From NCBI GenBank assembly GCA_037442505.1, contig JBBIPZ010000001.1, positions 37,229 to 101,228 of the forward strand: a stretch of 64,000 nucleotides of DNA, given 5' to 3'. Source of the stretch: Deltaproteobacteria bacterium (GTDB taxonomy: Bacteria; CALINM01). The notes beneath the pieces are model-generated. The model was not told where the DNA came from. It worked only from the letters and a program-made list of their open reading frames with translations, and made no database searches. Position 1 is the first letter of the stretch; the number at the start of each line of letters is the position of its first letter. This document shows positions 1-10,475 of this stretch, one piece after another. A program made the translations under genes and the position numbers.

Positions 1-420
1 CCTGTTATGCAGCTTGTAGAGGTGATAAAAGGACTTTTGACCTCTAAAGAAACATTTGATACAGTCTGGGAATTATCAAAAAAACTTGGTAAGACACCAG
101 TTGAAGCAAACGATTTTCCAGGATTTATCTCAAATCGTATTCTATTGCCAATGATTAACGAGGCTATTTATGCCTTGTACGAAGGGGTTGGAACTGTTGA
201 AGCCATTGATACTGTTATGAAATTGGGAATGAATCACCCGATGGGTCCTCTTGCTTTGGCAGACCTGATTGGTTTAGACACATGCCTTGCTATTATGAAT
301 GTGCTTTACGAAGGTTTAGGAGATTCAAAATACAGACCATGTCCACTGCTTAAAAAGTATGTAGATGCGGGTCTTTTAGGCAGAAAAGTTGGCAGAGGCT
401 TTTATAATTACGAAAAGTAA
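1..420 (+). CDS. 3-hydroxyacyl-CoA (3-hydroxybutyryl-CoA) dehydrogenase, C-terminal domain only; 5' part lies upstream of the window
   Basis: Reading frame is open from nt 1 with no upstream stop. Translation ...[60 protein letters not shown] resembles the 3HCDH C-terminal domain. Sits in a beta-oxidation gene context. Confidence 0.8.
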   Translation, partial: PVMQLVEVIKGLLTSKETFDTVWELSKKLGKTPVEANDFPGFISNRILLPMINEAIYALYEGVGTVEAIDTVMKLGMNHPMGPLALADLIGLDTCLAIMNVLYEGLGDSKYRPCPLLKKYVDAGLLGRKVGRGFYNYEK

Positions 421-437
421 AAAAGGGGGAGGACATC

Positions 438-1220
438 ATGAATTTTAAAAATGTGATACTTGAGGTAAAAGATAACGTTGCTTTTATAACTATTAATAGA
501 GAAGCAAAACTAAATGCCCTAAACTCCGAAACTATTCTCGAATTAACTTGTCTTTTTGAAGGACTTTACTCAAGAGAAGATGTAAGGGTTGCTGTTTTAA
601 CTGGCGCTGGAAACAAAGCATTTGTTGCCGGTGCAGATATATCTGAAATGTCAAACATGAGTGTTCTTGAGGCAAAAGAGTTTGCAAACAGAGGCCACAA
701 TTTGATGAATAAGATTGAAAATGCGCCATTTTCAGTGATTGCAGCAGTAAATGGTTATGCCTTAGGTGGTGGAAGTGAAATTGCTTTAGCCTGCGATTTT
801 ATATATGCCTCTGATAAGGCAAAATTTGGTTTGCCTGAGGTTAGTTTAGGTGTATTTCCGGGTTTTGGTGGCACACAGAGATTAACAAAAAAAGTTGGGC
901 CAGCAAAGGCAAAAGAGCTTATTCTTACAGGAGAAATGATAGATGCCTGTAAAGCTTACGAATTTGGGTTAGTAAATAAGGTTGTTGAGGCTGATAAACT
1001 TATCGAAGAAGTAACTGCAGTTGCTAAGAAAATTGCTTCGAGGGCGCCTTTTGCTGTGAAATTAGCAAAAGAACTTGTAGATTTAGCAGCAAGTACTGAT
1101 TTAAAGAGGGGACTAAAGGTTGAAGCGGATTATTTTTCACTATGCTTCGCAACGGAGGATCAGAAGGCTGGAATGAAGGCGTTTCTTGAAAAAACAAAGG
1201 TTGAATTTAAAGGCAGATAA
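438..1220 (+). CDS. enoyl-CoA hydratase (crotonase family)
   Basis: 260 aa with crotonase-fold hallmarks (AFVAGADISEM, GYALGGGSEIALACDF). RBS GGGGGAGG lies 6 nt upstream. Confidence 0.85.
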   Translation: MNFKNVILEVKDNVAFITINREAKLNALNSETILELTCLFEGLYSREDVRVAVLTGAGNKAFVAGADISEMSNMSVLEAKEFANRGHNLMNKIENAPFSVIAAVNGYALGGGSEIALACDFIYASDKAKFGLPEVSLGVFPGFGGTQRLTKKVGPAKAKELILTGEMIDACKAYEFGLVNKVVEADKLIEEVTAVAKKIASRAPFAVKLAKELVDLAASTDLKRGLKVEADYFSLCFATEDQKAGMKAFLEKTKVEFKGR

Positions 1221-1249
1221 AACGTTAATTATTTACTGAAGGAGGATTT

Positions 1250-2392
1250 ATGGATTTTTTATTGAATGAAGAAGAAAAGATGATGCAGGATATGGTGCGA
1301 AATTTTGCAGCAAAGGAAGTGGCACCTCTGGCAGCAAAGATGGATGAGACAGGTGAGTTTCCTGTTGAATTGGTGAAGAAGATGGGAGAGTTAGGGCTTA
1401 TGGGCGTAGATGTTCCTGAGGAGTATGGCGGGGCAGGAATGAATTATATGTGTTACGCCATTGCGATAGAAGAACTTGCAAGGTATTGTGGTAACACTTC
1501 AGTTATAATGTCTGTTAACAACTCACTTGTTTGTTCTCCTCTACAGAAGTTTGCAACGGAAGAACAAAAAAAGAAGTATCTTGTTCCGCTTGCTTCCGGG
1601 AAAAAACTGGGCTGTTTTGGCTTGACTGAGCCAAATGCCGGTTCTGACGCAGGAAGTATCCAGACAACAGCGGTAAAAGATGGAGATTATTATGTTTTGA
1701 ATGGTAACAAAATCTTTATAACTAATGCCACTCATGCAGACACTGCCCTTATCTTTGCATCAACGGATAGGTCATTAAAACACAAGGGTATCACTTGTTT
1801 TATTGTAGAAAAAGGCATGAAAGGCTTTGAAGTAGGTAAAGTTGAGCACAAATTGGGTATAAATGCATCTGGTACTGCAGAGCTGGTTTTGCAGGATGTG
1901 AGAGTGCCAGCAGAAAATAGACTTGGCAGTGAGGGCGAGGGCTTTAAAGTTGCCATGTACACTCTTGATTGTGGCAGAATTGGTATCGCTGCTCAGGCGC
2001 TTGGAATAGCAAGAGGTGCGTTGGAAGAGTCCATAAAGTTTGCAAAGGAGAGGGTGCAGTTTGGCAAGCCAATTGCTGAGTTTCAGGCAATACAGTGGAT
2101 GATTGCAGATATGGCTACAGAGATCGATGCAGCAAGGCTTCTTGTAAGAAGAGCCGCATTTTTGAAAGATAGTGGACATAAATTTTCGAAAGAATCCTCT
2201 ATGGCAAAACTTTTTGCGGCAGAAACCGCAATGAGAGCAACAACAAAGGCGATTCAGATTCACGGCGGATATGGTTACAGTAAGGAGTATCCCGTCGAAC
2301 GTTACTTTAGAGATGCGAAAATTACCGAAATTTACGAAGGCACATCAGAGATACAAAGACTTGTTATCGCTTCAAATATACTTAAAGGGTAG
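1250..2392 (+). CDS. acyl-CoA dehydrogenase (butyryl-CoA dehydrogenase-like)
   Basis: 380 aa with ACAD N/M/C domain motifs (GLTEPNAGSDA, YEGTSEIQRLVIA). RBS GAAGGAGG. Confidence 0.9.
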   Translation: MDFLLNEEEKMMQDMVRNFAAKEVAPLAAKMDETGEFPVELVKKMGELGLMGVDVPEEYGGAGMNYMCYAIAIEELARYCGNTSVIMSVNNSLVCSPLQKFATEEQKKKYLVPLASGKKLGCFGLTEPNAGSDAGSIQTTAVKDGDYYVLNGNKIFITNATHADTALIFASTDRSLKHKGITCFIVEKGMKGFEVGKVEHKLGINASGTAELVLQDVRVPAENRLGSEGEGFKVAMYTLDCGRIGIAAQALGIARGALEESIKFAKERVQFGKPIAEFQAIQWMIADMATEIDAARLLVRRAAFLKDSGHKFSKESSMAKLFAAETAMRATTKAIQIHGGYGYSKEYPVERYFRDAKITEIYEGTSEIQRLVIASNILKG

Positions 2393-2397
2393 GAAAG

Positions 2398-3537
2398 ATG
2401 AATCTAACTTTAACTGAAGAACAAAAGTTGATTCGAGACACTGCAAAAAGTTTTGCAGAAAAAGAGATTGCACCCGTGATAAATGAATATGAAGAAAACC
2501 ACAAATTTCCTGCTCACATTGTCAAAAAGCTTGCAGAACTTGGTTTTATGGGAATGAATATAAAAGAAGAGTATGGTGGACAGGAGGCTGGTTCTGTCGC
2601 ATTGTCGCTTTCAATAACAGAGGTCGCCAAAGCGAGTGCTTCTGTTGCTGTTACAATGTCTGTAACAAACATGGTTGCAGAGGTGATTCAGGAATTTGGG
2701 ACAGAAGAAGCGAAGAAAAGGTTTTTACCTCCACTATGTAGCGGAGAATATCTTGCAGGAGGTTTTTGTTTAACTGAGCCTGACGCAGGGTCTGACGCTT
2801 CATCAATCAAAACAAGGGCAGATAAAGTAGATGGTGGCTACCTGCTGAACGGCAACAAGATCTTTATCACAAGTGGTGAAGTTGCTGGTTGTTTTGTTGT
2901 GTGGGCTGTTACCGACAAGAAGGCTGGCAAGAAAGGTATTTCTGCGTTTGTTGTTCCTGCAGATACAAAAGGCTTGATAGTGGGGAAGAAAGAAGAAAAA
3001 ATGGGTCAATGTGCATCCCCAACCAACGAAATTGCGTTTTCAGACTGTTTTGTATCCTACGAACAGCTGCTTGGGACAGAAGGGGATGGTTATAAAATAG
3101 CGCTTATGGAGCTTGCCGGAGGTAGAATAGGTATTGCCTCACTTTCTGTTGGAGTCGGTTATGCAGCGATGGACTGCGCAGTGAAGTTTGCAAAAGAGAG
3201 GGTGCAGTTTGGCAAACCAATAACCGAATTTCAGGCGATCCAATGGATGGTTGCTGATTCTTATACTCAGCTTGATGCGGCAAGGTTACTGACACTTAGA
3301 GCCGCGTATTTAAAGGAAAAAAAACTTCCTTTTACTAAAGAAGGCTCGATGGCGAAACTGTATGCATCAGAAGCGGCAAACAGGGCGTGTTTAAAGGCTG
3401 TCCAGATTATGGGTGGATATGGCTACAGCAAAGAGTATTCAGTAGAAAGGTATTTGAGAGACATTAAGGTAACTACAATTTATGAAGGTACATCAGAAGT
3501 GCAAAGAATGGTTATTGCGAGGGAAGTGATTAAGTGA
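2398..3537 (+). CDS. acyl-CoA dehydrogenase (paralog 2)
   Basis: 379 aa with ACAD motifs (CLTEPDAGSDA, IYEGTSEVQRMVIA). 5-nt spacing from the upstream ACAD gene. Confidence 0.9.
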   Translation: MNLTLTEEQKLIRDTAKSFAEKEIAPVINEYEENHKFPAHIVKKLAELGFMGMNIKEEYGGQEAGSVALSLSITEVAKASASVAVTMSVTNMVAEVIQEFGTEEAKKRFLPPLCSGEYLAGGFCLTEPDAGSDASSIKTRADKVDGGYLLNGNKIFITSGEVAGCFVVWAVTDKKAGKKGISAFVVPADTKGLIVGKKEEKMGQCASPTNEIAFSDCFVSYEQLLGTEGDGYKIALMELAGGRIGIASLSVGVGYAAMDCAVKFAKERVQFGKPITEFQAIQWMVADSYTQLDAARLLTLRAAYLKEKKLPFTKEGSMAKLYASEAANRACLKAVQIMGGYGYSKEYSVERYLRDIKVTTIYEGTSEVQRMVIAREVIK

Positions 3538-4055
3538 TACAGGTGTATACTGGAGATGGCAAGGGGAAGACAACTGCTGCACTGGGATTAGCGTTGAGGG
3601 CTGCCGGGCATTCGGTTAAGAGCGTAGTGATACAGTTTATGAAGAGCCACAGTTGCGGTTATGGCGAGCACGAGTCGATAAGGATGCTTTATCCTTATGT
3701 TGAAATATATGCGTTTGGCAGAGATTGTTTTGTAAGCAAGGAAAAGCCCAATCAAATTGACAGAGAGTATGCAATAGAGGCATTTGAATTTTTTAAAAAA
3801 TGCCTAAAATCAGGCAACTACAGGATATACATTCTTGATGAAATCTGCGTTGCGCTCGATTATGGTCTCATACCTCTGGTTGAGCTTATTAAAATTTTAC
3901 GAAATATTGATAAAGATGAAATTGAAGTAGTATTAACAGGACGGTATGCACCACAAGAGTTGTTAGAAATAGCCGATTTAGTGACCGAGTTTAAAGAGTT
4001 AAAGCACTATTATGCCAGGGAAGGCATAATGGGCAGAAAAGGGATAGATTATTGA
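3534..4055 (+). CDS. cobO: cob(I)yrinic acid a,c-diamide / cob(I)alamin adenosyltransferase (CobO/BtuR family)
   Basis: 173 aa with P-loop-like YTGDGKGKTTAALGLALRAAG typical of CobA/CobO. GTG start overlaps the upstream stop by 4 nt. Confidence 0.8.
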   Translation: MIQVYTGDGKGKTTAALGLALRAAGHSVKSVVIQFMKSHSCGYGEHESIRMLYPYVEIYAFGRDCFVSKEKPNQIDREYAIEAFEFFKKCLKSGNYRIYILDEICVALDYGLIPLVELIKILRNIDKDEIEVVLTGRYAPQELLEIADLVTEFKELKHYYAREGIMGRKGIDY

Positions 4056-4081
4056 ATTAAGCTTTTTTTAAGGAGTTTTGT

Positions 4082-5746
4082 ATGATCGGAAGAATTAAAG
4101 ACAGTTTTGAAAGATGGGAAAAAGAATGTGTAGAGAAACATCTTAAGAAAAATCCCGAGAGAGAAAGCAAGTTCACCACGGTTTCGAATCAAGAAATTAA
4201 AAGACTCTACACACCCGTTGATTTAGATGGATTTGATTATCTAAACGACCTCGGTTTTCCAGGCGAGTATCCTTATACAAGGGGCGTTCAATCCACAATG
4301 TATAGAGGAAAGATATGGACAATGAGGCAGTTTGCAGGCTTTGGTACGGCTGAAGATACTAATAAAAGATATAAATACCTTTTGAGTCATGGGACAACTG
4401 GACTTTCTGTTGCGTTTCATATGCCAACTTTAATGGGGGTTGATTCCGATAGCCCACGTGCAAGAGGAGAGGTTGGAAAATGTGGCGTTGCCATAGATTC
4501 CTTAGCTGATATGGAAATATTATTTGACGGTATTCCTCTTGATAAAGTCACTACTTCTATGACAATCAATGGCCCAGCATCAATACTGCTTTGTATGTAT
4601 ATGGCTGTTGCAGAAAAACAAGGGGTATCCTGGGACAAGATTGGCGGGACCATTCAAAACGACATTCTTAAAGAATATATCGCACAAAAATCATGGCTAT
4701 TTCCGCCAGAACCTTCCTTGAGAATAATAACAGATATTTTTGCATTTTGTTCTAAACACGTGCCCAGGTGGAACACAATTTCAATTTCGGGATATCATAT
4801 AAGGGAGGCAGGCTCATCTGCGCTTCAGGAGTTGGCGTTCACTTTAAAAGATGGTTTGACATATGTTGAGGCGGGCATAAAAGCTGGCTTAGATGTGGAC
4901 GAATTTGCTCCAAGATTATCCTTCTTTTTCAATGCACACAATGACTTTTTTGAAGAGATAGCCAAATATCGTGCAGCAAGAAGGATCTGGGCAAGAGAGA
5001 TGAGGGAAACATTTAAAGCAAAGGATCCAAGAAGCTGGATGCTAAGATTTCATACTCAAACTGCGGGTTGTACATTAACAGCCCAACAACCGTTAAACAA
5101 TATTGTTAGAGTAGCAATTCAGGCGTTGGCTGCTGTTATGGGAGGAACACAATCACTACATACAAACTCGATGGATGAGACGCTTGCTCTACCAACGGAG
5201 CTTGCTGTTACAGTAGCGCTAAGGACTCAACAGATTATTGCAGAGGAGTCAGGTGTTGTTAATACAATAGATCCTTTGGGAGGCTCTTATTTTGTTGAAA
5301 AGCTGACAAACGAAATGGAGAAAGGCGCCTACGACTATTTCAAAAAGATAGATGATTTGGGTGGAATGGTTAAGGCAATTGAACATGGTTATCCTCAAAG
5401 AGAGATAATGGATCATGCATACTGGTTCCAACAGGCGGTTGATAAAGGTGAAAAAACAATAGTTGGAGTAAACAAGTATGTAATGCAAGAAGAGATACCA
5501 ATACCGCTATTAAAGATAGATGATGAAGTTGAGAAAAAACAGATAGCAAGAACAAAAGAAGTACGCAACACAAGGGATAAAAAGGCGTGGGAACATTCTT
5601 TGAGGGAGTTAAAGAAAGCCGCTGCGAGTAAAGATAACCTTATCCCTTATATTTATCAAGCTGTTAAATCATATGCTACTATTGGCGAAATTGTGGACAC
5701 ACTAAAAGAAGTTTTTGGAGAATATAAAGAACCAGCCATGTTTTAA
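4082..5746 (+). CDS. icmA: acyl-CoA mutase large (substrate-binding) subunit, isobutyryl-CoA mutase type
   Basis: 554 aa methylmalonyl-CoA-mutase-family TIM barrel with no fused B12 domain. It has RQFAGFG (Phe where MCM has Tyr89) and YIAQKSW (Gln where MCM has Arg207). RBS AAGGAG. Confidence 0.75.
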   Translation: MIGRIKDSFERWEKECVEKHLKKNPERESKFTTVSNQEIKRLYTPVDLDGFDYLNDLGFPGEYPYTRGVQSTMYRGKIWTMRQFAGFGTAEDTNKRYKYLLSHGTTGLSVAFHMPTLMGVDSDSPRARGEVGKCGVAIDSLADMEILFDGIPLDKVTTSMTINGPASILLCMYMAVAEKQGVSWDKIGGTIQNDILKEYIAQKSWLFPPEPSLRIITDIFAFCSKHVPRWNTISISGYHIREAGSSALQELAFTLKDGLTYVEAGIKAGLDVDEFAPRLSFFFNAHNDFFEEIAKYRAARRIWAREMRETFKAKDPRSWMLRFHTQTAGCTLTAQQPLNNIVRVAIQALAAVMGGTQSLHTNSMDETLALPTELAVTVALRTQQIIAEESGVVNTIDPLGGSYFVEKLTNEMEKGAYDYFKKIDDLGGMVKAIEHGYPQREIMDHAYWFQQAVDKGEKTIVGVNKYVMQEEIPIPLLKIDDEVEKKQIARTKEVRNTRDKKAWEHSLRELKKAAASKDNLIPYIYQAVKSYATIGEIVDTLKEVFGEYKEPAMF

Positions 5747-5793
5747 ATTGATAGAATTCAACAAATAATACCTGTAATGGGGGTTAGTTAAAT

Positions 5794-6192
5794 ATGCAAA
5801 AAATTAGAATTTTAATGGCAAAACCAGGTCTTGACGGGCATGACAGGGGAGTAAAAATTGTGTCAAGAGCACTCAGGGATGCAGGTTTCGAAGTGATTTA
5901 TACAGGACTTCATCAGACACCCGAAGAGGTTGTAAACATTGCTTTGCAGGAAGATGTTGATGCTATTGGTATGAGTGTATTATCTGGTGCACATAACTAT
6001 CTTTTTACGCGTGTTCTTGAACTTTTAAAAGAAAAAGGTGCCGAAGATATAATACTTTTTGGCGGTGGAATTATTCCAGACGAAGATATTGCATTCTTAA
6101 AAAGCAAAGGGGTTTCGGAGCTTTTTACCCCCGGTACACCACTTGAGACAGTTGTGGACTGGGCAAAAAAAACGATAAAACCAAAAGTTTAG
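5794..6192 (+). CDS. icmB: acyl-CoA mutase small subunit, cobalamin-binding domain
   Basis: 132 aa B12-binding Rossmann domain with the DxHxxG motif ([12 protein letters not shown]). Confidence 0.8.
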   Translation: MQKIRILMAKPGLDGHDRGVKIVSRALRDAGFEVIYTGLHQTPEEVVNIALQEDVDAIGMSVLSGAHNYLFTRVLELLKEKGAEDIILFGGGIIPDEDIAFLKSKGVSELFTPGTPLETVVDWAKKTIKPKV

Positions 6193-6225
6193 AAAAGATA
6201 AATAGAAAAAGGGGGGAGTAGGGGT

Positions 6226-7392
6226 ATGGCTATCAGTTTTGAACTTACACCTGAGCAGGAGCAGCTGAGGAAAACGGTAAGAGAGTTTGCAGAAAAAGAA
6301 ATTGCTCCAAAAGCACAGGAACTTGATGAAAAAGAAGAGTTTTCTTATGAACTCACCAAGAAAATGGCAGAGCTTGGATTTTTTGGGATGATTGTTCCAG
6401 AAGAGTATGGAGGAGCAGGTTTGGACTACCTTTCATATATTATCGTTGTGGAAGAATTGGCTCGAGTAGATGCATCTCAGGCTGCAACAGTTGCAGCAGG
6501 TAACTCACTTGGTATTTCGCCTATCTATTATTTTGGCAATGAAGAACAAAAAAAATACTGGTTGCCAAAACTATGCGCTGGTGAAATTCTTGCAGCATTT
6601 GGCTTGACAGAACCTAATGCAGGCTCTGATGCCGGAAACTCAAAAACTACAGCAGTTTTAGACGGAAACGAATGGGTAATTAATGGTAGTAAAATTTTTA
6701 TAACCAATGGTGCCAATGATATGACAGGTGTAATCGTTGTTCAGGCAAGGACTGGAACGTTATCTGACGGAAAACCGGAGATGTCTTGCATTCTTGTGCC
6801 AGCTGATGCACCTGGTTTAACAAGACAGGCTATGCATAAAAAAATGGTCTGGCGAGCAAGCAATACTGCGGAGCTTTTTTTTACTGACTGTAGAGTCCCC
6901 AAAGAGAATCTGTTGGGACGTAGGGGCGATGGCTTCAAGCAAATGCTAAAAACCCTTGATGGTGGAAGATTATCAATCGGGGCGATGGGACTTGGTGGTG
7001 CGCAGGGAGCTTTAGAGTTAGGTTTGAAATACGCTAAAGAAAGAGTTCAGTTTGGCAAAACTATTGGGGAGTTTCAGGCAAATGCCTTTAAATTAGCTGA
7101 TTGTGCAACACAGATAGAAGCAGCAAGAAGCCTGCTTTACAAGGCATGCTGGCTTGCAGACAACAAAAAACCTTTTGGAAAAGAGGCTGCTATGGCGAAG
7201 TTATACTGTTCTGAGACGATGAGGCTTTGTGTTTGGCATGCCCAGCAAATACATGGTGGATATGGCTTGATGAAGGATTACCCAATCGAACGTTTTTACC
7301 GTGATCAAAGATTACTTGAGGTGGGCGAAGGAACATCAGAAATTCAAAGGATAGTCATAGCAAGACACCTTGGACTGGGGAAAATTTTATGA
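6226..7392 (+). CDS. acyl-CoA dehydrogenase (paralog 3)
   Basis: 388 aa with ACAD motifs (GLTEPNAGSDAG, GEGTSEIQRIVIARHL). Confidence 0.9.
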   Translation: MAISFELTPEQEQLRKTVREFAEKEIAPKAQELDEKEEFSYELTKKMAELGFFGMIVPEEYGGAGLDYLSYIIVVEELARVDASQAATVAAGNSLGISPIYYFGNEEQKKYWLPKLCAGEILAAFGLTEPNAGSDAGNSKTTAVLDGNEWVINGSKIFITNGANDMTGVIVVQARTGTLSDGKPEMSCILVPADAPGLTRQAMHKKMVWRASNTAELFFTDCRVPKENLLGRRGDGFKQMLKTLDGGRLSIGAMGLGGAQGALELGLKYAKERVQFGKTIGEFQANAFKLADCATQIEAARSLLYKACWLADNKKPFGKEAAMAKLYCSETMRLCVWHAQQIHGGYGLMKDYPIERFYRDQRLLEVGEGTSEIQRIVIARHLGLGKIL

Positions 7393-7907
7393 GATTTCCA
7401 GAACTTGAAAACCTTTCAAAAGAAGAATTAATTGAAATAATCGTTGACGAAGCTAAGAACTGGCTTGCACATGATGGACTTTGGTTTCAGGCTGTAGAAA
7501 GACATTTTGGTATGGATGCCGCAATAAAGTTAGACGCAGAGGCATGGAAGTATTTTACTGTTATTGAAGCCAACCGCATTAAAGAAAGACTTAAACTTCC
7601 TGAAAATAGTGGCATTGAAGGGTTAGAAAAGGCTCTTACCTTCAGGATGTATCGCAGGATTAACAATCAAGTAATTGAGCGGATTGATGAAAACACGATA
7701 ATTCTTAAAATGGTCGATTGCAGGGTGCAGTCTGCGAGAGAAAGAAAAAACATGCCTCTTTTTCCATGCAAAAGTGTAGGCATTGTAGAATACAGTTACT
7801 TTGCCAAGGCAATAGATGAGAGATTTGAAACAGAGGCGGTTAGTGCACCACCAGAACGCATCAGTAACGAATATTACTGTGCATGGAAATTTACTTTGAA
7901 AAAGTAA
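7389..7907 (+). CDS. hypothetical protein (172 aa) embedded in the mutase cluster
   Basis: ORF overlaps the upstream ACAD stop by 4 nt and sits 10 nt upstream of meaB. I cannot assign a family by eye. Confidence 0.55.
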   Translation: MRFPELENLSKEELIEIIVDEAKNWLAHDGLWFQAVERHFGMDAAIKLDAEAWKYFTVIEANRIKERLKLPENSGIEGLEKALTFRMYRRINNQVIERIDENTIILKMVDCRVQSARERKNMPLFPCKSVGIVEYSYFAKAIDERFETEAVSAPPERISNEYYCAWKFTLKK

Positions 7908-7917
7908 AGGAAAGATT

Positions 7918-8865
7918 ATGGGCTTAGCTGAAAAGGTTTTAGAAGGTGATATCAGGGCTTCTGCACGCCTTATGCGTCTTTTAGATGACGAGATGGAAGA
8001 AGGCAGGGACGAGTTAAAAAAGCTTTATAGTTACACTGGCAAGGCTTTTATAATTGGGATAACAGGACCTCCTGGTGCTGGGAAAAGTACTCTTGTTGAT
8101 CAATTAATTGCTGTATTCAGGAAAGATAATAAAAAGGTTGGCGTTATAGCTGTCGATCCCTCAAGTCCATTTACTGGTGGTGCTATCTTAGGAGACAGAA
8201 TTCGCATGCAGAGACATAGCAACGACCCTGAAGTTTTTATAAGAAGCTTAGCAAGCAGGGGGCATTTAGGTGGCTTGACTGCTTCAACAGAAGAGATTTC
8301 GCTAATTATGGATGCTATGGGTAAGGATATCATTCTCTTAGAAACAGTAGGTGTTGGACAGGATGAAGTAGAGGTCGTTGATCTGGCTCACACATCAATC
8401 CTTGTTACAGTGCCAGGATTGGGGGATGATGTTCAGGCTATAAAAGCAGGTGTAATGGAGATAGGTAACATATTTGTTGTCAACAAGGCTGATAGAGAAG
8501 GTGCAGACAGGGCATACAGGGAAATTGTAGCAATGCTTGATATGGTTAACTGGGATGGACGTTTTAGACCACCGGTTATGATGGTAGAAGCTAACACAGG
8601 AAAAGGCATAAAAGAGTTAGTGGAAAAGATATACGAACACAAAAAGTTTCTTGAAAAAACCGGTAAATTCAAGACATTTTTTTCCGAAAGAGCAAAAAAG
8701 ATGTTTGAAAAGGTGCTGTTAGATGACCTGTCAAAAAACTTGATAAAAAGAATTAAAAGTGACGCAATGTGGGAGACCTTGGAAAAAAGACTTGCAAATA
8801 GGGAAATTGACCCATATTCCTTAGCATTAGAAGTGTTAAAAGAATTTGTTTGTATAAAAGCTTAG
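7918..8865 (+). CDS. meaB: methylmalonyl/isobutyryl-CoA mutase-associated G-protein chaperone MeaB (ArgK family GTPase)
   Basis: 315 aa with P-loop GITGPPGAGKSTL and a G-domain (VVNKADREGA). Typical mutase accessory gene. Confidence 0.85.
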   Translation: MGLAEKVLEGDIRASARLMRLLDDEMEEGRDELKKLYSYTGKAFIIGITGPPGAGKSTLVDQLIAVFRKDNKKVGVIAVDPSSPFTGGAILGDRIRMQRHSNDPEVFIRSLASRGHLGGLTASTEEISLIMDAMGKDIILLETVGVGQDEVEVVDLAHTSILVTVPGLGDDVQAIKAGVMEIGNIFVVNKADREGADRAYREIVAMLDMVNWDGRFRPPVMMVEANTGKGIKELVEKIYEHKKFLEKTGKFKTFFSERAKKMFEKVLLDDLSKNLIKRIKSDAMWETLEKRLANREIDPYSLALEVLKEFVCIKA

Positions 8866-8877
8866 CAGGGGGGAGAA

Positions 8878-9669
8878 ATGGCATATAAAAATTATGAATT
8901 TATTACCGTTGCTTCAGAAAACGATGTCGTTATGGTAACATTAAATCGTCCAGAACTACATAATGCATTTAACGAATTTATGATAGAAGAAATAACCGAT
9001 GCTTTTAAAAATATTGCTGAAGGTGAAGAGAGGGTTGTAGTTATAAGAGGGGCTGGCAAATCCTTTTGTGCCGGGGCAGATTTAAACTGGATGAAAAAGA
9101 TGAAAGATTACACAGAATCAGAAAATGAAATGGACGCAAGAGGATTGGATGGCATGTTTTATGCAATATATACCTGTCCAAAGCCTGTGATATCGATGGT
9201 TCAAGGTGGTGTTTTTGGTGGTGGGACAGGCATTTTAGCTTCATCTGATATAGTGATTACTCATAAAGATACTAAATTTGGCTTTACAGAAGTAAAATTG
9301 GGATTAGTTCCAGCTGTAATCTCGTCTTATCTTGTAAAAAGACTAAACTTTTATGCACTAAAGGAGTTTTTAATAACAGGCGCTCTTTTTGATGCAAATG
9401 AAGCCAGACAGATGGGTTTGGTTAACTATATTGAAGAAGATTTCGATAGGATGGAAGAAAGACTATCAAAATTGACAAAAACATTTTTTTCGTGTGGGCC
9501 TTCAGGCATTGCAGAAACTAAGAAGCTTGTTGCATATCAGTTAGAAAATCCAATGGAAAAAAGAAGAGAATTAGCCCCAAAGGTTATAGCAAAGGCACGT
9601 ATTTCAAAAGAGGGGCAGGAAGGTATAACAGCATTCTTAGAAAAAAGAAAGGCAAGTTTTGTTAAATAG
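8878..9669 (+). CDS. enoyl-CoA hydratase/isomerase family protein
   Basis: 263 aa crotonase fold (CAGADLNWM, GGVFGGGTGILASSD). Confidence 0.8.
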   Translation: MAYKNYEFITVASENDVVMVTLNRPELHNAFNEFMIEEITDAFKNIAEGEERVVVIRGAGKSFCAGADLNWMKKMKDYTESENEMDARGLDGMFYAIYTCPKPVISMVQGGVFGGGTGILASSDIVITHKDTKFGFTEVKLGLVPAVISSYLVKRLNFYALKEFLITGALFDANEARQMGLVNYIEEDFDRMEERLSKLTKTFFSCGPSGIAETKKLVAYQLENPMEKRRELAPKVIAKARISKEGQEGITAFLEKRKASFVK

Positions 9670-9671
9670 TC

Positions 9672-10475
9672 TTATACTTTATAAAGCCTTTTAATTCTGA
9701 TGATATCTGTAAAAATTCTGAAAGAGTCCCAGAAGGGGTTCAGCTTACCCTTTGGGACTGCTTTCCAGTTAATTGGCACTTCTTTAATTTTATATCCGGC
9801 ATTCTTAGCTAAAAAAAGCAACTCCATGTCAAAACCATAACCTGACAGCTGTTGTTTTTCAAAAAGATATTTAGCAGATTCTCTGGTGAACATCTTAAAT
9901 CCGCATTGGGTGTCGTATATACCATCAAATAAAAACATTCTAACAACAATGTTTAAAACTTTTCTTAAAATTGCCCTTACAAATTTCGTCGAAACGTTAA
10001 TGTCAGGAGACTTAATCACACGGGAACCTATAGCGATATCAGCTCCATTTTTAATTGCAGAAACAAGTTTGAATATATCAGAAATCTCAGCTGCTCCATC
10101 TGCATCCATAAAAATTAAAAGGTCTCCATTTGCAGCTAATATGCCTGATTTTACAGCAAAACCTTTGCCCTGATTGTTTTGTAATCTAATCAGTTTAACA
10201 GAGGGGTTGACAGAAGAAAAGCGGTTAATGATGTCAGGCGTGTTATCGGTGCTTCCGTCATCAACAACGATAATCTCATATTGAAGTTGATTTGACAAAA
10301 AAAAACTTATAAGGGTGTTGATGGTGGGTGTAATTCTTTTTGCTTCGTTGAAAGCGGGTATAACAACAGAAATTTTCACATTGGAAAGCAGGTTGTTAGT
10401 GTTCTTATCGCAATTAATGTTTTGATTGGAATTGATATGTAAGCAATTGTTAAGATTGTTTTTATTAATTGTCAC
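9672..10475 (-). CDS. family 2 glycosyltransferase (dolichyl/polyprenyl-phosphate sugar synthase-like)
   Basis: Has VVIPAFNEAKRI and VVDDGSTDNT and a DAD motif (FMDADG), all GT-A hallmarks. An N-terminal ~35-aa Asn-rich extension makes the real start uncertain. Confidence 0.8.
   Translation of the reverse strand: MTINKNNLNNCLHINSNQNINCDKNTNNLLSNVKISVVIPAFNEAKRITPTINTLISFFLSNQLQYEIIVVDDGSTDNTPDIINRFSSVNPSVKLIRLQNNQGKGFAVKSGILAANGDLLIFMDADGAAEISDIFKLVSAIKNGADIAIGSRVIKSPDINVSTKFVRAILRKVLNIVVRMFLFDGIYDTQCGFKMFTRESAKYLFEKQQLSGYGFDMELLFLAKNAGYKIKEVPINWKAVPKGKLNPFWDSFRIFTDIIRIKRLYKV

Noticed and set aside
1541-2263. Antisense ORFs inside acyl-CoA dehydrogenase genes (1541..1735, 1732..1962, 1775..2263). 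Similar antisense ORFs occur throughout, e.g. 14003..14377, 15437..15988, 25071..25309, 26639..27394, 48803..49695, 59139..59825, 62759..63876
   Set aside because: Each lies wholly inside a strongly supported gene on the opposite strand. They have Cys/Ser/Leu-rich low-complexity translations typical of antisense frames, and no RBS.
9672-10475. Asn-rich ~35-aa N-terminal extension of the GT2 glycosyltransferase as a functional low-complexity domain
   Set aside because: More likely an over-extended start. The GT-A fold begins at ...KISVVIPAFNE, and an internal non-ATG start could not be ruled out, so the ORF-track coordinates were kept with a caveat rather than reported as a finding.
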